This document shows, piece by piece, positions 39,755 through 49,910 of a stretch of 64,000 nucleotides of DNA (within the stretch, counting starts at the first letter, position 1; each line of letters opens with the position of its first letter). Under the pieces are notes generated by a model that made no database searches, was not told where the DNA came from, and worked only from the letters and a program-made list of their open reading frames with translations. The stretch is from a bacterium (GTDB lineage Bacteria; SAR324; XYD2-FULL-50-16), in contig JAVVEA010000002.1 in assembly GCA_032250835.1 (NCBI GenBank), positions 32,001 through 96,000 of the forward strand, written 5' to 3'. The position numbers were made by a program, and so were the translations under genes.

Positions 39755-41433
39755 AGGGCCCGCATCTTCTGGGCAATCAACTGGAGGCTGACTTTGCCAC
39801 GGAAGCGGTTTTCGCTGAGCGTACAGGTCAGCTCAAAGTCTCCGGCCCCCCAGCCTTCGCGCACCCCGTCCCACCGGATCAGTTCCATGGCCGGGCCCAG
39901 ATCCCATTTAAGGTGGCTACCAGCCAACTGGCGCGGGCTGTTCAGCGGCAAACGCCGCAGCAGAAACACCGGCTTTTTGTTGCCCTGGCCAAAGGGCTCT
40001 AAGGCCTTCAGCCCGTCGACCAACTCAACCCCAATCATCTCCGGGTTGATCTCCACATCCGCCGCTGGCGGGTCCAAGCCCGGCCCGTGGGTCTGGGCTG
40101 CCTGACCTAGGGCTAAGCGCAGCGCTTCTAATTGCTCTACTTTAAAGGTACAACCTGCCGCTTGGGCATGGCCGCCAAACTGATCGAGGTGACCCGCGCA
40201 GGAGGTAAGCAGGTCTAACATATGGGCGCCCTTGGAGCGGGCCGATCCTTTGATCCGGCCATCGCTACCTTGGGTACAGACCAACGCAGGCCCGCCGAAC
40301 TGCTCGACCAGCCGGGTGGCCACAATCCCCAATAGCCCCTCGTGCCAGTCGGGCGCATAAACCAAAGCTGCACCCTGGGTCTGGTACTGCGGGGCCGCTT
40401 GCTCGACCGCTTGCTGGGCCATGGTTTGTTGGCGGCGCTTGCGCAGTCCGTTGAGCCGCGTCAACTCATCAAACAAGGCTTGGCTGCGGGCCGGTTCGGT
40501 TTCCAAGAGAAAATCCAAGGCTAGACCCGCGTCATCCATCCGCCCAGCAGCGTTGAGCAACGGCGCGAGCCGGAAGGCTAGCGTTTCGGAGTCCACAAAA
40601 TGTAACCCCTGGGCCTGAGAAAAACAGCTCAAATACTGGGCTCCGGGCCCCTGAGGCTCGCGCAGTCGGCGGCGCATCTGTTCTAAGCCATGGTGGGTCA
40701 ACAGGCGGTTCAGGCCTCTTAAGGGCACCTGATCGGCCACTGTCCCCAGGGCCACCAGATCCAAATGCTCCAGCAGGTTCGGTTCGGTCTTGCCTACCCA
40801 AAAGCCTTGCTCTCGCAATTTTTTTCGCAGCCCCACCAACAGCATAAAGGCCAAGCCTACGCCGGAGATGTCTTTTTCTTCAAAGGGGCAGTCCGCCTGC
40901 TTAGGGTTCACCACCAAACCGTCAGGCATCTTTCCGGGCACCGGTAAATGGTGGTCCGTAACGATCACCTCCACCCCAGCGGCTTTGAGTTGGGCCACCT
41001 CGGCTCCGGCGGTGATGCCGTTGTCTACAGTCACCACCAACTGTGGCTTTAAGGCCAAAACCCGCTTCACCACCGCTTCGGTCAGGCCATAGCCTTCGCT
41101 GAACCGGTTGGGGATCAACGCCTGAACCTTAAAACCCAAAGCGCGCAGGAACCGCACCAAGAGGGCGGTGCTGGTCACCCCGTCCACATCATAGTCACCC
41201 AAAACCAAGACCTCTTTCCCCTCTTGCAGACGCTCTAACAAAAGCTCCACCGCTTGGGGGAGGTTTTTGAGTACCATCGGGTCGGGCATGGCGCTTAAGT
41301 GGTGGGAAAAAAACTGAGGACCTAATTCTAGTTGGGCGCTCCAATAGTCTAGCAACTGACGCCAAGCCGGGGGACCCTGGGGGCGGAACCAATCCTTTAA
41401 GCTAAAATGGGCTTGCAGCGGCGTAGCGCTCAT
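39751..41433 (-). CDS. recJ: Single-stranded DNA exonuclease RecJ
   Basis: 'GDYDVDG', 'EGYG', 'TVDNG', 'TDHH', 'GTVAD', 'NAAGR', 'GGHAQAAG', 'LEPFGQGN'. Confidence 0.95.
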   Translation of the reverse strand: MSATPLQAHFSLKDWFRPQGPPAWRQLLDYWSAQLELGPQFFSHHLSAMPDPMVLKNLPQAVELLLERLQEGKEVLVLGDYDVDGVTSTALLVRFLRALGFKVQALIPNRFSEGYGLTEAVVKRVLALKPQLVVTVDNGITAGAEVAQLKAAGVEVIVTDHHLPVPGKMPDGLVVNPKQADCPFEEKDISGVGLAFMLLVGLRKKLREQGFWVGKTEPNLLEHLDLVALGTVADQVPLRGLNRLLTHHGLEQMRRRLREPQGPGAQYLSCFSQAQGLHFVDSETLAFRLAPLLNAAGRMDDAGLALDFLLETEPARSQALFDELTRLNGLRKRRQQTMAQQAVEQAAPQYQTQGAALVYAPDWHEGLLGIVATRLVEQFGGPALVCTQGSDGRIKGSARSKGAHMLDLLTSCAGHLDQFGGHAQAAGCTFKVEQLEALRLALGQAAQTHGPGLDPPAADVEINPEMIGVELVDGLKALEPFGQGNKKPVFLLRRLPLNSPRQLAGSHLKWDLGPAMELIRWDGVREGWGAGDFELTCTLSENRFRGKVSLQLIAQKMRAL

Positions 41434-43754
41434 TTACGCCCTTCAATCACCAAGAACCGGCGGCGGTCTTCGGACATACTCTTAAGAAAGGACTTGGCCT
41501 CTTCTTGGAAGGGTTGGTTCGCTTGGGAATCGCCGTAAAAATGCACTACCCAATCAAAATGAGGCCGGGCCTTTGCGTAGTCGCCCAAACGATAATGGCA
41601 GATACCACTCAAAAAGTTCCACTCCGCCTCTTCTTTAGGTAACGGAGGGTCGAGCTTAGACAAGACGCGCAAGCCCTCATGATGGCGGCTCAAGCTTTTG
41701 TCCAGTCGGGCTAACTTGAGCCACAATAGGCGCAACTCCGCGGGATCGGTCGCCTGATTGGCTTCCATTTCCTTAACCAACTGGTTGAATCCGGCAGGGT
41801 CAAAGCTCTTACCCATATATTGAGGGAAGTCCACCAACAGAATCCGCTGGCCCAGGCCCGGCTGGCTGGCGTTGAGGCGCAGCAACCGGTCAACCTTCGA
41901 TTGCAGCGTCAATTCCTCTAGCTGGTGCTCATCCAATCTGAAGGGGACCTCGGCACCGCAGCCCTTACAGCGGAAGGGGTTAGGCGTCCAGACCGAATGA
42001 TCGTCAAGCCTCCCGGCGGTCTGGATGGCCCCTTCGTCTACATAGATCACGTCAGCAAAATATTGATAGCTGTTCCCACAGGCATGGCAAAACAAACGGA
42101 CCGGCTTTTTCATGCCCGGCTGACCGGCGCTCATGACCCGCTTTAGATCGGCCTGGGCCGCTTCCATCAAAGGTTTTTCGAAGGCGAAACACAAAAAGGC
42201 CAGCAGGCGGGCTAGGTCGAACTCGCCGGGCTGGTAAATCGCTTCGAGTTTGGGGATCAGAGCCGCATCGGGCATCAACTCCAAGGTGCGGTACAAAAAG
42301 TCGGCATGGTACCGGTGCAGGACCTCAAAATTCCGGTTGATCAACACCTTGGCTTGATCGGTGGGGCGCAGTTGGAAGAGCTGCAGGGCATAATCAACGG
42401 AAGTCCGGTCCGCTCGGGCTAAGAAGTCCTCAAAGTTGACCAAATACAGCTGAATCAACCCATCGGCCAGCGCGCTGTCCACCACCGGATTGGGAAAGAT
42501 CGAAGGGTAGGGCACCGGATACCCAAGTAACTCACCCCGGAAAAAAGACCAAAGCAGTTCCGAGGTACGGTTGGTCACCCCGAAGGGGCTCGTCTTGTGC
42601 TCGATCTTCAGTTGTTCTTCGTCCCAGTCCGGCGGGCTGGGGAAGAATCGCTGTAACAATACCTGCCGCGCTTTACCGGTCAAGAGGGCCGAATGATAAT
42701 AAGCGGCGATTTCCTCTAGATGGTTTTCCGGATTTTCCAGCCAACGTTCCAAGGTCCGTTCGGTCTGTAAACTCAAAGGCAGGGCCAACAGTAATTCCAA
42801 CTCCAGGTGCAAGCTCCTGGGGGTGGTGGCTTGGAAGTGTGTTAGATGCCGCTCAAAGGCGCTGACCAACCAGAGGGCTTTTTGGTCCGGATGCTCTTCG
42901 GGCATTCCATCTAACAGCCGCTCCAACCAGCCCTGCAACCCTTTAATCATGCGTTCGGGGGCCTGTGGCGGGGCGGCGTCAATCCGGTCTAAGGACAGTC
43001 CGGCGGCTTCGACTTCGTTCCAGAAAGGCTCTAAGCTAGCTTGAGGGCCCCGACAAAGTAAACCGCAGGCCTGAGAATAGATCGCCCGAGGCCCAAAGGC
43101 CCGCACCAAAGAGTCCCCAACCCAGCGGCAAAGTTCTACAGAGCCCACCTCGCGCCGCAGCAACTGCAAGGGTTCTAGGTCGCCGTGGTGGTCACGTAGC
43201 TGGAAGTAATAGTCCATCAAAACGTCAAAGCGGCGGCGGTTGGTGCAATGGGGCAGCAACTGGCAGAAGAGGGTGACCGAAATTACCGGGTCGCGCACAA
43301 AGTCGTCGAGCCTTGCCAAGAGTTCGTCCACCGCCTCAGGGTCGACCTGAAGCCAAGAAAAGAGCGCCATCTCCAATTCCAACCGGGTCGCCCGACCTCC
43401 GACCAAGGCCTGATGGGCCCAACGAGAGAGTAAGTTTTCGGTAAAGTCGCCGGGGAACCGGCTGAGGCAATAGGCGGCTTGATATTTTAGTTGCCCTTCG
43501 GCCTCGCGGAAGAGTTTGACCGCCAGGGGGACTAATTGCTGGACCTCGGTGGGCTCTTTGGCGCGTTCGGCCAGTTCCACTAGGGCCGCTTCTTGGATTA
43601 AAGGCAGCGGGGAACTGAGCAATGCTTCTAAGCAGTCTTCGCGCTCCTCACCGCGCAACAATTGCAGCGCTCCCCAATGAGCCAGCGGAGCGTAATCGCT
43701 CGACAAGCAACGGTAGAGAAAGTCCTTGGGGTAGGTGATGTCTGCAAGCAGCAT
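41430..43754 (-). CDS. Hypothetical protein: HEAT-like helical N-terminus, CxxC...CxxC zinc ribbon, C-terminal TPR
   Basis: 774 aa; 'CHACGNSY', 'FRCKGCGA'; 'FLSGICHYRLGDYAKARPHF' TPR-like. Confidence 0.65.
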   Translation of the reverse strand: MLLADITYPKDFLYRCLSSDYAPLAHWGALQLLRGEEREDCLEALLSSPLPLIQEAALVELAERAKEPTEVQQLVPLAVKLFREAEGQLKYQAAYCLSRFPGDFTENLLSRWAHQALVGGRATRLELEMALFSWLQVDPEAVDELLARLDDFVRDPVISVTLFCQLLPHCTNRRRFDVLMDYYFQLRDHHGDLEPLQLLRREVGSVELCRWVGDSLVRAFGPRAIYSQACGLLCRGPQASLEPFWNEVEAAGLSLDRIDAAPPQAPERMIKGLQGWLERLLDGMPEEHPDQKALWLVSAFERHLTHFQATTPRSLHLELELLLALPLSLQTERTLERWLENPENHLEEIAAYYHSALLTGKARQVLLQRFFPSPPDWDEEQLKIEHKTSPFGVTNRTSELLWSFFRGELLGYPVPYPSIFPNPVVDSALADGLIQLYLVNFEDFLARADRTSVDYALQLFQLRPTDQAKVLINRNFEVLHRYHADFLYRTLELMPDAALIPKLEAIYQPGEFDLARLLAFLCFAFEKPLMEAAQADLKRVMSAGQPGMKKPVRLFCHACGNSYQYFADVIYVDEGAIQTAGRLDDHSVWTPNPFRCKGCGAEVPFRLDEHQLEELTLQSKVDRLLRLNASQPGLGQRILLVDFPQYMGKSFDPAGFNQLVKEMEANQATDPAELRLLWLKLARLDKSLSRHHEGLRVLSKLDPPLPKEEAEWNFLSGICHYRLGDYAKARPHFDWVVHFYGDSQANQPFQEEAKSFLKSMSEDRRRFLVIEGRK

Positions 43755-43815
43755 AGGGCGTTGGGTTGTAATGGTGCGCCCTAATTTAGCCCGTTAGGGT
43801 CCGTCAGGGCAAGCG

Positions 43816-44661
43816 CTAATTAGCCTTAGGGCCTTTATATTCCTTCAGCTTTTCGATCAAATAGTCCGACTGGGCGGCAAAGACCTCTCCTTGTTCACCC
43901 AAAAATTCGCGGGCATTTAAGAAGTGTTGCTCGAAAGTCGCCTCGTCTTTTTTGACGATCAGCTTATAATGCTCTTCGGCTTCGCCCAAAAAATCTTTAA
44001 GGACCGAGAGGTTCTCGGCGTTATCCATCAAGATATGGGTGTACAGATGGGGGTCGCGCTGCAAGATGCGGCAGGCAAAGGCAAAGTTCGCTTGGTAGAC
44101 CGGCGACATGATCTGCAAGATGGTACTCAGGTCCACCTGGCGCTTGGCCAAGACGCGGCTGAAGGTGATATGCAAAAAGTGCATCAACCCCTGGATCACA
44201 CTCATCGACTCATCGTGTTTCTTCCAGTCCTCCATCACCACGACGTTTAACCCCAGCTCTTTATAGAGCCGCTCCATTTGGTGCAGACGCTTCCCTCCAT
44301 TGACTGGCAACAGGATCACGTTGTGCCCCTTCAGACTGGGGACCTCACCAAACATGGGGTGGGCGCTGATCACCTGGGCTGGGGTTTCCAGCATACGCGG
44401 GATCACCTTGGCTTTGATGGAAGTGAAGTCCGAAAGGAGGTGTTGGGGCGTGAGCCAAGGGGTGATCCGTTGGATCACCTCGGGGGTCTTTTCGATGGGG
44501 ACCGAAACAATCACCAACTCCGAATTAAGGACCAGCGCCTTTTCCTGCTCTAGGTCCTTTGAGCCGCTGACCATAACCTCTTTACCCAGCGCTTCCCAAG
44601 CGGGCACAAACATCCGGCCCATCATGCCCGTACCGCCGATGATGCCGATGCGCTGGATCAT
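43816..44661 (-). CDS. tyrA: Prephenate/arogenate dehydrogenase
   Basis: 'IGIIGGTGMMG', 'VSVPI', 'DFTSIK', 'HPMFG', 'HDESMSVIQGLMH'. Confidence 0.88.
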   Translation of the reverse strand: MIQRIGIIGGTGMMGRMFVPAWEALGKEVMVSGSKDLEQEKALVLNSELVIVSVPIEKTPEVIQRITPWLTPQHLLSDFTSIKAKVIPRMLETPAQVISAHPMFGEVPSLKGHNVILLPVNGGKRLHQMERLYKELGLNVVVMEDWKKHDESMSVIQGLMHFLHITFSRVLAKRQVDLSTILQIMSPVYQANFAFACRILQRDPHLYTHILMDNAENLSVLKDFLGEAEEHYKLIVKKDEATFEQHFLNAREFLGEQGEVFAAQSDYLIEKLKEYKGPKAN

Positions 44662-45383
44662 CCCGCAAAGACCTCAAAGTCCTTCACCCCGGCCTTGGCT
44701 AAGTCGCCTTCATCGTTGATCGAGATGGCGTCAAAGGGAAGAGGGATGCAGTTGAGCTTAAAACCATTATCCAAGGCGCGCATCTGCTCAAGGCGGTAGG
44801 CGGTCTCCAAGGGCGAAGGCGGCAAAGCACAAAAGGTCTCTAAAAATTCGGGCGTGTAGATATATACGGAGGTGTGTTTGTAGGCCCGCTCCAACCGCTC
44901 GCGAGTAAAAATCAGGGCATTTTGGTCCAAATCTAAAACCACTTTGGCTACGTTGGGGTCCGCTTGCTCGGCTTCGGTGATTTCGGTGACGCTGGTCAAG
45001 AAGCTGGCCTTTTTTAAGCGCTCAGGCAACTGGGCCAGCACTTGGGTTATCATGCGGGGGTCGATGAAGGGCTCGTCGCCCTGGACGTTGAGGATCACGT
45101 CAAAATCACCCAAATCGGCCGACACCTTGCGGTAGGCCTCTAGGACTCGTTCGGTGCCGCAGCTATGCTCCACCTTGGTGATCACCGGAATCACGCCCTC
45201 TAGCCCCTGGGCCTCGTCCAAAATCCGTTGGTCGTCGGCCGCTAAGACCACCGGTGCCGCGCCGCTAGCCAAAACCCGCTCAAGAGTCCGGCGGATCATG
45301 CTGGTCCCGTTGATTTTGAGCAGTGGCTTGTTGGGCAGCCTAGTCGAGGCCAACCTCGCCGGGACGATCACCAAAGAACGCAT
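44658..45383 (-). CDS. kdsB: CMP-Kdo synthetase
   Basis: 'VPARLASTRLPNKPL', 'GTER', 'NVQGDEP', 'LEQMRAL'. Confidence 0.93.
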   Translation of the reverse strand: MRSLVIVPARLASTRLPNKPLLKINGTSMIRRTLERVLASGAAPVVLAADDQRILDEAQGLEGVIPVITKVEHSCGTERVLEAYRKVSADLGDFDVILNVQGDEPFIDPRMITQVLAQLPERLKKASFLTSVTEITEAEQADPNVAKVVLDLDQNALIFTRERLERAYKHTSVYIYTPEFLETFCALPPSPLETAYRLEQMRALDNGFKLNCIPLPFDAISINDEGDLAKAGVKDFEVFAG

Positions 45384-46204
45384 CAGTCCATCCCCGCCAC
45401 GAACTTGGCGATTTTAAAATAGTTGGTGATCCGCACTTCGGCTTCGGCAAAGCTGAGTTGGCTGGCGGCGTCGCAAAGCGCCTTGGCGGGCTCAGGGTGG
45501 ACTTCCACAAACAACCCCGCCAGATTGGTAGCCGCCGCAGCGGCCATCAGGGTCGGCAAAAATTCCTTGGCCCCACCCTTGGGGTCTGAACTGGGTACAC
45601 CGTATTTACGGATCGAATGGCCGGCATCGAAGATCACCGGATAGCCGGTTTCTTTCATGATGTGGAACGCGCGGGGGTCTACCACCAAGTCGCGGTAGCC
45701 AAAACAGGTGCCCCGTTCGGTCAGTAGGATTTTTTTGTTGCCCGTAGACTCCACCTTCTTGACCACCTTCCCCATGTCTTCGGGGTGCAGGAACTGGGCT
45801 TTCTTGAGGTTGATCGCCTTGCCGGTGTTGGCCATGGCCAAGACCAATTCGGTTTGCATCGCCAAGTAGGCGGGGATCTGCAAAATATCGATCACTTCGG
45901 CGACGCCTTCGTCCAGTTCGCTGGGGTAGTGCACGTCGCTGATGGTGGTCAGGCCAAACTGCTCCTTGACCTCTTGATAGATTTTTAAGGCTTGATCCAT
46001 GGGCAGGCCCGAAAAGAAGTCAGCCGAAGAACGGTTGTCCTTTTTGTAGCTCGCCTTAAAGACATAATCCACATCCAGCCGTTCTGATAGTCCCTTTAAG
46101 AACTCGGCGGTGCGCATCGCCAGATCGCGGGTTTCCAGCACGCAGTTTCCGGCCAGCAGCAATTGCCGCCCCGGGGTTAGGGTCAGAGTTTCGCTTAATT
46201 TCAT
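45383..46204 (-). CDS. kdsA: Kdo-8-phosphate synthase (metal-dependent type)
   Basis: 'AGNCVLE', 'FKASYKKDNRSS', 'LQIPAYL', 'NLKKAQF', 'TERGTCFGY', 'EVHP...CD'; start MKLSE at 46204. Confidence 0.9.
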   Translation of the reverse strand: MKLSETLTLTPGRQLLLAGNCVLETRDLAMRTAEFLKGLSERLDVDYVFKASYKKDNRSSADFFSGLPMDQALKIYQEVKEQFGLTTISDVHYPSELDEGVAEVIDILQIPAYLAMQTELVLAMANTGKAINLKKAQFLHPEDMGKVVKKVESTGNKKILLTERGTCFGYRDLVVDPRAFHIMKETGYPVIFDAGHSIRKYGVPSSDPKGGAKEFLPTLMAAAAATNLAGLFVEVHPEPAKALCDAASQLSFAEAEVRITNYFKIAKFVAGMD

Positions 46205-46218
46205 GGGGGCTCCAGGGT

Positions 46219-46827
46219 TCAAGCGCCGAGGCTATTAAAAAAGCCGCTGCGCCAGAGGATGGCCAGATAGAGGATGACCGCCGTGGTCAGGGTGTTTTTC
46301 TCGGACTTGATCGCCCTGGCATATTCGCCTTGGATGTTCTCCAAGACACCGGGCGTTTCGGCGCGGGTCAGGCGGGGGAACCAACGGGGGACTAGATGGC
46401 GGTAGTCCTCATAGGCCTGACCGAACTTGTTGACCAAGTTACTCTCTTCCCAGGCAACCACCGGGATGTATTGGGCGAAGAAGACCAACACGAAGAAGAC
46501 CACAAAGTCGTAGGCAAAAAAGAAATGTACGTTGCTAACCACCACCAAGCCGCCCGAAAGGAGCAGGTTGCCGATGTAAAGCGGGTTGCGCACATGGGCG
46601 AAGGGCCCACCGCTGATCACCTTTTGCCCCGTTGAATAGCTCCGGGTCCGGCTGACGCCGCCGATATAGGCCACGCCATGGACCCGTACCAACTCACCAA
46701 GGATCATCAGCAGGCTGCCGGCAATCAGACTTTCTTGGTTCGCTTGGCCAAGCCAAAGCATCACCACAATAAAGGGAAGCGGGGTATAATCCCGGTATTT
46801 AAAGAGGATCTCGCCAAGTTTGAGCAT
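46219..46827 (-). CDS. ICMT/PEMT-family membrane methyltransferase (LmtA-like candidate)
   Basis: 'GGPFAHVRNPLYIGN', 'EESNL...FGQAYEDY...VPRWFP'. Confidence 0.85.
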   Translation of the reverse strand: MLKLGEILFKYRDYTPLPFIVVMLWLGQANQESLIAGSLLMILGELVRVHGVAYIGGVSRTRSYSTGQKVISGGPFAHVRNPLYIGNLLLSGGLVVVSNVHFFFAYDFVVFFVLVFFAQYIPVVAWEESNLVNKFGQAYEDYRHLVPRWFPRLTRAETPGVLENIQGEYARAIKSEKNTLTTAVILYLAILWRSGFFNSLGA

Positions 46828-46983
46828 GCTGGTCCTTATAGATTTGGGAATCCTTGATGAAAGCCCAAGGGCCCCGGTCTGTCAAGCCCCCTTTGCCCAC
46901 CAAAAGGGCTTGGCTGCGGGCCCTGGCTCTGCCACAATGACGGGCAAGGGATTGGGTTAGAATATTTTATCTTGGTTAAACAC

Positions 46984-49905
46984 ATGAAGCCTCTCTGGAC
47001 CGCTGTTTTGATCCTCATTTGGACCCCTGGGTTGATCGCCCAGACCCAACTGACCCCACAGGACCAAATCGTCCGCTCCAACTATCTAGAACAAAAGGAG
47101 CCCCCACGCAGCCGGGCCCACCAGCTCGACCCCCGCCGCCCCGAGCGGATCGCCGAGCCCTACAGCCCGCAGATCCTAGTGGCCAACTATGCCTTTGAAG
47201 AAGACCTACCCAAAAACCTCAAACTCCACTGGCTGACCCGTATCTCCGGTAAATTGGCCGCCATTTTCCTGGGCAGTCGGGGCGTTTTTGAACAGGGGGT
47301 GCAACTTTATCAAGCAGAAGAATACGCCGAAGCCGCCCGGCGGTTTGAATCGATCTACCAGCGCAGCGGCAAAGGAGAACAACGAGCGGCCCTTTGGCTG
47401 GCTTGGAGCAAATATCAGCTAGGCGAGATGGACGAGAGCTTTAAGCTCGCAAGACTGTTGCAGTCCGCCGAAGACCCCCAAATCGCGCAGGAAGCCTATT
47501 ACCTTAGCGCCCTACACCGCCACCGCCGAGGCGACTTAGAAGGCCTCGATAAACTCTCAAGCCGGGCTTTGGGGACCTTTGATAAGGAGCAACGGGGCTT
47601 TAGGCTCCGTTACGCGCTCTTGGTGGCCCAGGTTAAACTGCAACACTGGCCCCAGGCTCGGGGCTTGCTCGACGAATTACAACAAGAGCACCTGACCTAC
47701 AGCCCCTATTATGGCAAAATCAAAGAAATCGCCGGGGTTATCGCCTACCACGAAGACGACTTCAAACGGGCTTTAGCCGAGTTTGAACGGGCCCGGCAAG
47801 CAGACCCACGGGCCTTTGCCCAATCCGAAAACCTGCGTTATTCGGCCTGGCTCCTGTACCTTAGCGGAGACTACCCCGGCGCTATCGAGCGCGCCGATCA
47901 AGTCTTGAACGATCCCTTGCCCCAAAACCGAGAGGAACTGGTCTACCTTAAAATCGCCGCCTTGACCCACCTGGCACAAGGAGACGCCATCGGGGTATGG
48001 TTGAGCCAACTCCCCCTGGATTCTCCTTTCCACGCCTTTGCGGCCTTTCAGGTCAAGGCCTTCTTAAAAGACTTAGACCAACGGCCCGGCTTGGTCGCCC
48101 AGGTGGCCCAGGTTAGCTTGCCCTTTAAAAACCTGCGTTTTTATGCCGCCCTACTCGACGGCAACGCCTTCTTTAGAGCCGGACAGTATGAAGAGGCCCG
48201 CCAGGAATACCAAAAGGCCCAATCCCAGCAAACCGAAGGACATTACCAATGGATTGCTCAATACAACTTAGGCCTGATCGACCTCACCCAAGAAAAATGG
48301 GAGAAGGCCCGCCAAAACTTTGCTGCCTTAAAAAAAGCCAAGGAACCGGAAAACAAAAAGTGGCTGACCTACCACCTGCTCTATACCTTATATAAACTCA
48401 ACCAATCCGATGGCTTCGCTAAGGAATTTGCCGCAGCGGACCTTTCGGAGTTGGACCAGGAAATCCAATGGGAGGTGCATATCCTACGAGGCAACCTCCT
48501 TTTGGCCCAAGGCAAGACCGACCTAGCCGTCAAATCTTTCCTTTGGGGTTGGAAGCAGGGGGAACGGCCTGAGGCTTTGGAGTACGCGGCCCAAACCCTC
48601 TATGGAGCCAACCGCTTCACTCAGGTTATCAACTTAGTCAAAGAGCACCGGCAAGTCTCCAGCGACATCCTCTTAAGCTATGAAATCCGCAGCCTCTTAG
48701 GCCTGCACCGTTTTCGAGAGGCAAAAGACCGCTTAGAAGCCCGTGGTTACGTAGGCGAGCGCCTCTTGGCCTTACACGTAGAGGTCTGGTTGGCGGCCCA
48801 AGAATCGGAACGGATCATCGCTCGGGTGCGTCCGCTGCTCAAGGCCCCGGAGCTTAAGGACGAGCGCCGCAAAGCCTATTACCTGACCTTGGCCGACGCT
48901 TACTTTAACTTAAAGGATTTCGACGCAGCCCGCCAACAATATGCCCAAGCTTTAGAGCTAACGACCGAGACCGCCGAGCGGAGTCCTTTGGTTTATAGTT
49001 TGGTCTTGACCCACTACCGCCAACCGGACCGCCCGGCCTTCATCAGAGAAGCGGACCGGGCCCTAGCCGCCGAATCCCTGACCCCCGGCGTGCGTTTGAA
49101 TTTAAGCCTGCTCTTGGCGTCGGTCTATCTAGAACAAGACCAACCCCAAGCGGCCCGCGAGCTCCTGGCCGCCGAAGAAGCCAAAGTCGGGGAGTTGGGC
49201 GGCAAGCTGCGCAACCGCCGCGCCCAACTGGCCTTTGAGCAAGGCGACTACCCCGAGTGCGCCGCGCTGGGCGCTCAAGCTCCCGCCCAGATGAGCCCCT
49301 ATGAGCAGATCGATCTCGCGTTGACCAGCGCCCAATGCCAGCTCGAATTGGGCCGAGGCGAAGCCGCCCAGAGGCAGTTACAAACCCTGCCCAAAGTGAA
49401 GGGCTACCGTAGTGCAGAGTTGCATTTATTCCTGGCCGAGGCGCTTTCACAGCTAGGTCAAGCCGAGGCGTCTCAAAAAGAACTGGTAGGTCTTCAAGCC
49501 CAAAAGCTCTCGGCAAGGCTGGCCCAAAAGGCTCGCCTGAGCGAAACCCGCAACTTAATCGCCTTAAACCGTCCCGAAGAAGCCGCCAAAAAGCTGGGCG
49601 ATTGGCAAGACTACCGCGCCCATGGCTTAGAAGAACAGGCCTTAAAACTCAACGCCGCCATTGGCCTCAAACAAGAAGACCCCGAAGAAGCCGCCAGGGC
49701 TTTGCTCCGATTGCATTACGACCAGAACCTAAGCGCCGCCAAAAAGGCCGACATTGATTTAAAATTGGCCCAAATCTATTTAGAACTCAAACGCCCCGAA
49801 AGGGCCCAAGAATTTTTGGCAGGCCTACCCAAGGAACTTAGCGAAGCTCAGAGGGCCCAAAAGAGCGCTCTAGAAAAAGAACTCAAGAACCTAACGACCC
49901 CATAA
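46984..49905 (+). CDS. Exported tetratricopeptide-repeat protein
   Basis: Signal peptide MKPLWTAVLILIWTPGLIA; many TPR-like repeats (e.g. GNAFFRAGQYEEARQEYQKA, LADAYFNLKDFDAARQQYAQAL). Confidence 0.8.
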   Translation: MKPLWTAVLILIWTPGLIAQTQLTPQDQIVRSNYLEQKEPPRSRAHQLDPRRPERIAEPYSPQILVANYAFEEDLPKNLKLHWLTRISGKLAAIFLGSRGVFEQGVQLYQAEEYAEAARRFESIYQRSGKGEQRAALWLAWSKYQLGEMDESFKLARLLQSAEDPQIAQEAYYLSALHRHRRGDLEGLDKLSSRALGTFDKEQRGFRLRYALLVAQVKLQHWPQARGLLDELQQEHLTYSPYYGKIKEIAGVIAYHEDDFKRALAEFERARQADPRAFAQSENLRYSAWLLYLSGDYPGAIERADQVLNDPLPQNREELVYLKIAALTHLAQGDAIGVWLSQLPLDSPFHAFAAFQVKAFLKDLDQRPGLVAQVAQVSLPFKNLRFYAALLDGNAFFRAGQYEEARQEYQKAQSQQTEGHYQWIAQYNLGLIDLTQEKWEKARQNFAALKKAKEPENKKWLTYHLLYTLYKLNQSDGFAKEFAAADLSELDQEIQWEVHILRGNLLLAQGKTDLAVKSFLWGWKQGERPEALEYAAQTLYGANRFTQVINLVKEHRQVSSDILLSYEIRSLLGLHRFREAKDRLEARGYVGERLLALHVEVWLAAQESERIIARVRPLLKAPELKDERRKAYYLTLADAYFNLKDFDAARQQYAQALELTTETAERSPLVYSLVLTHYRQPDRPAFIREADRALAAESLTPGVRLNLSLLLASVYLEQDQPQAARELLAAEEAKVGELGGKLRNRRAQLAFEQGDYPECAALGAQAPAQMSPYEQIDLALTSAQCQLELGRGEAAQRQLQTLPKVKGYRSAELHLFLAEALSQLGQAEASQKELVGLQAQKLSARLAQKARLSETRNLIALNRPEEAAKKLGDWQDYRAHGLEEQALKLNAAIGLKQEDPEEAARALLRLHYDQNLSAAKKADIDLKLAQIYLELKRPERAQEFLAGLPKELSEAQRAQKSALEKELKNLTTP

Positions 49906-49910
49906 GAACC

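Noticed and set aside
45383-46204. DAHP synthase call because of neighbouring tyrA
   Set aside because: Has KxNRS rather than KPR(S/T) and is coupled to kdsB, so KdsA is the better call
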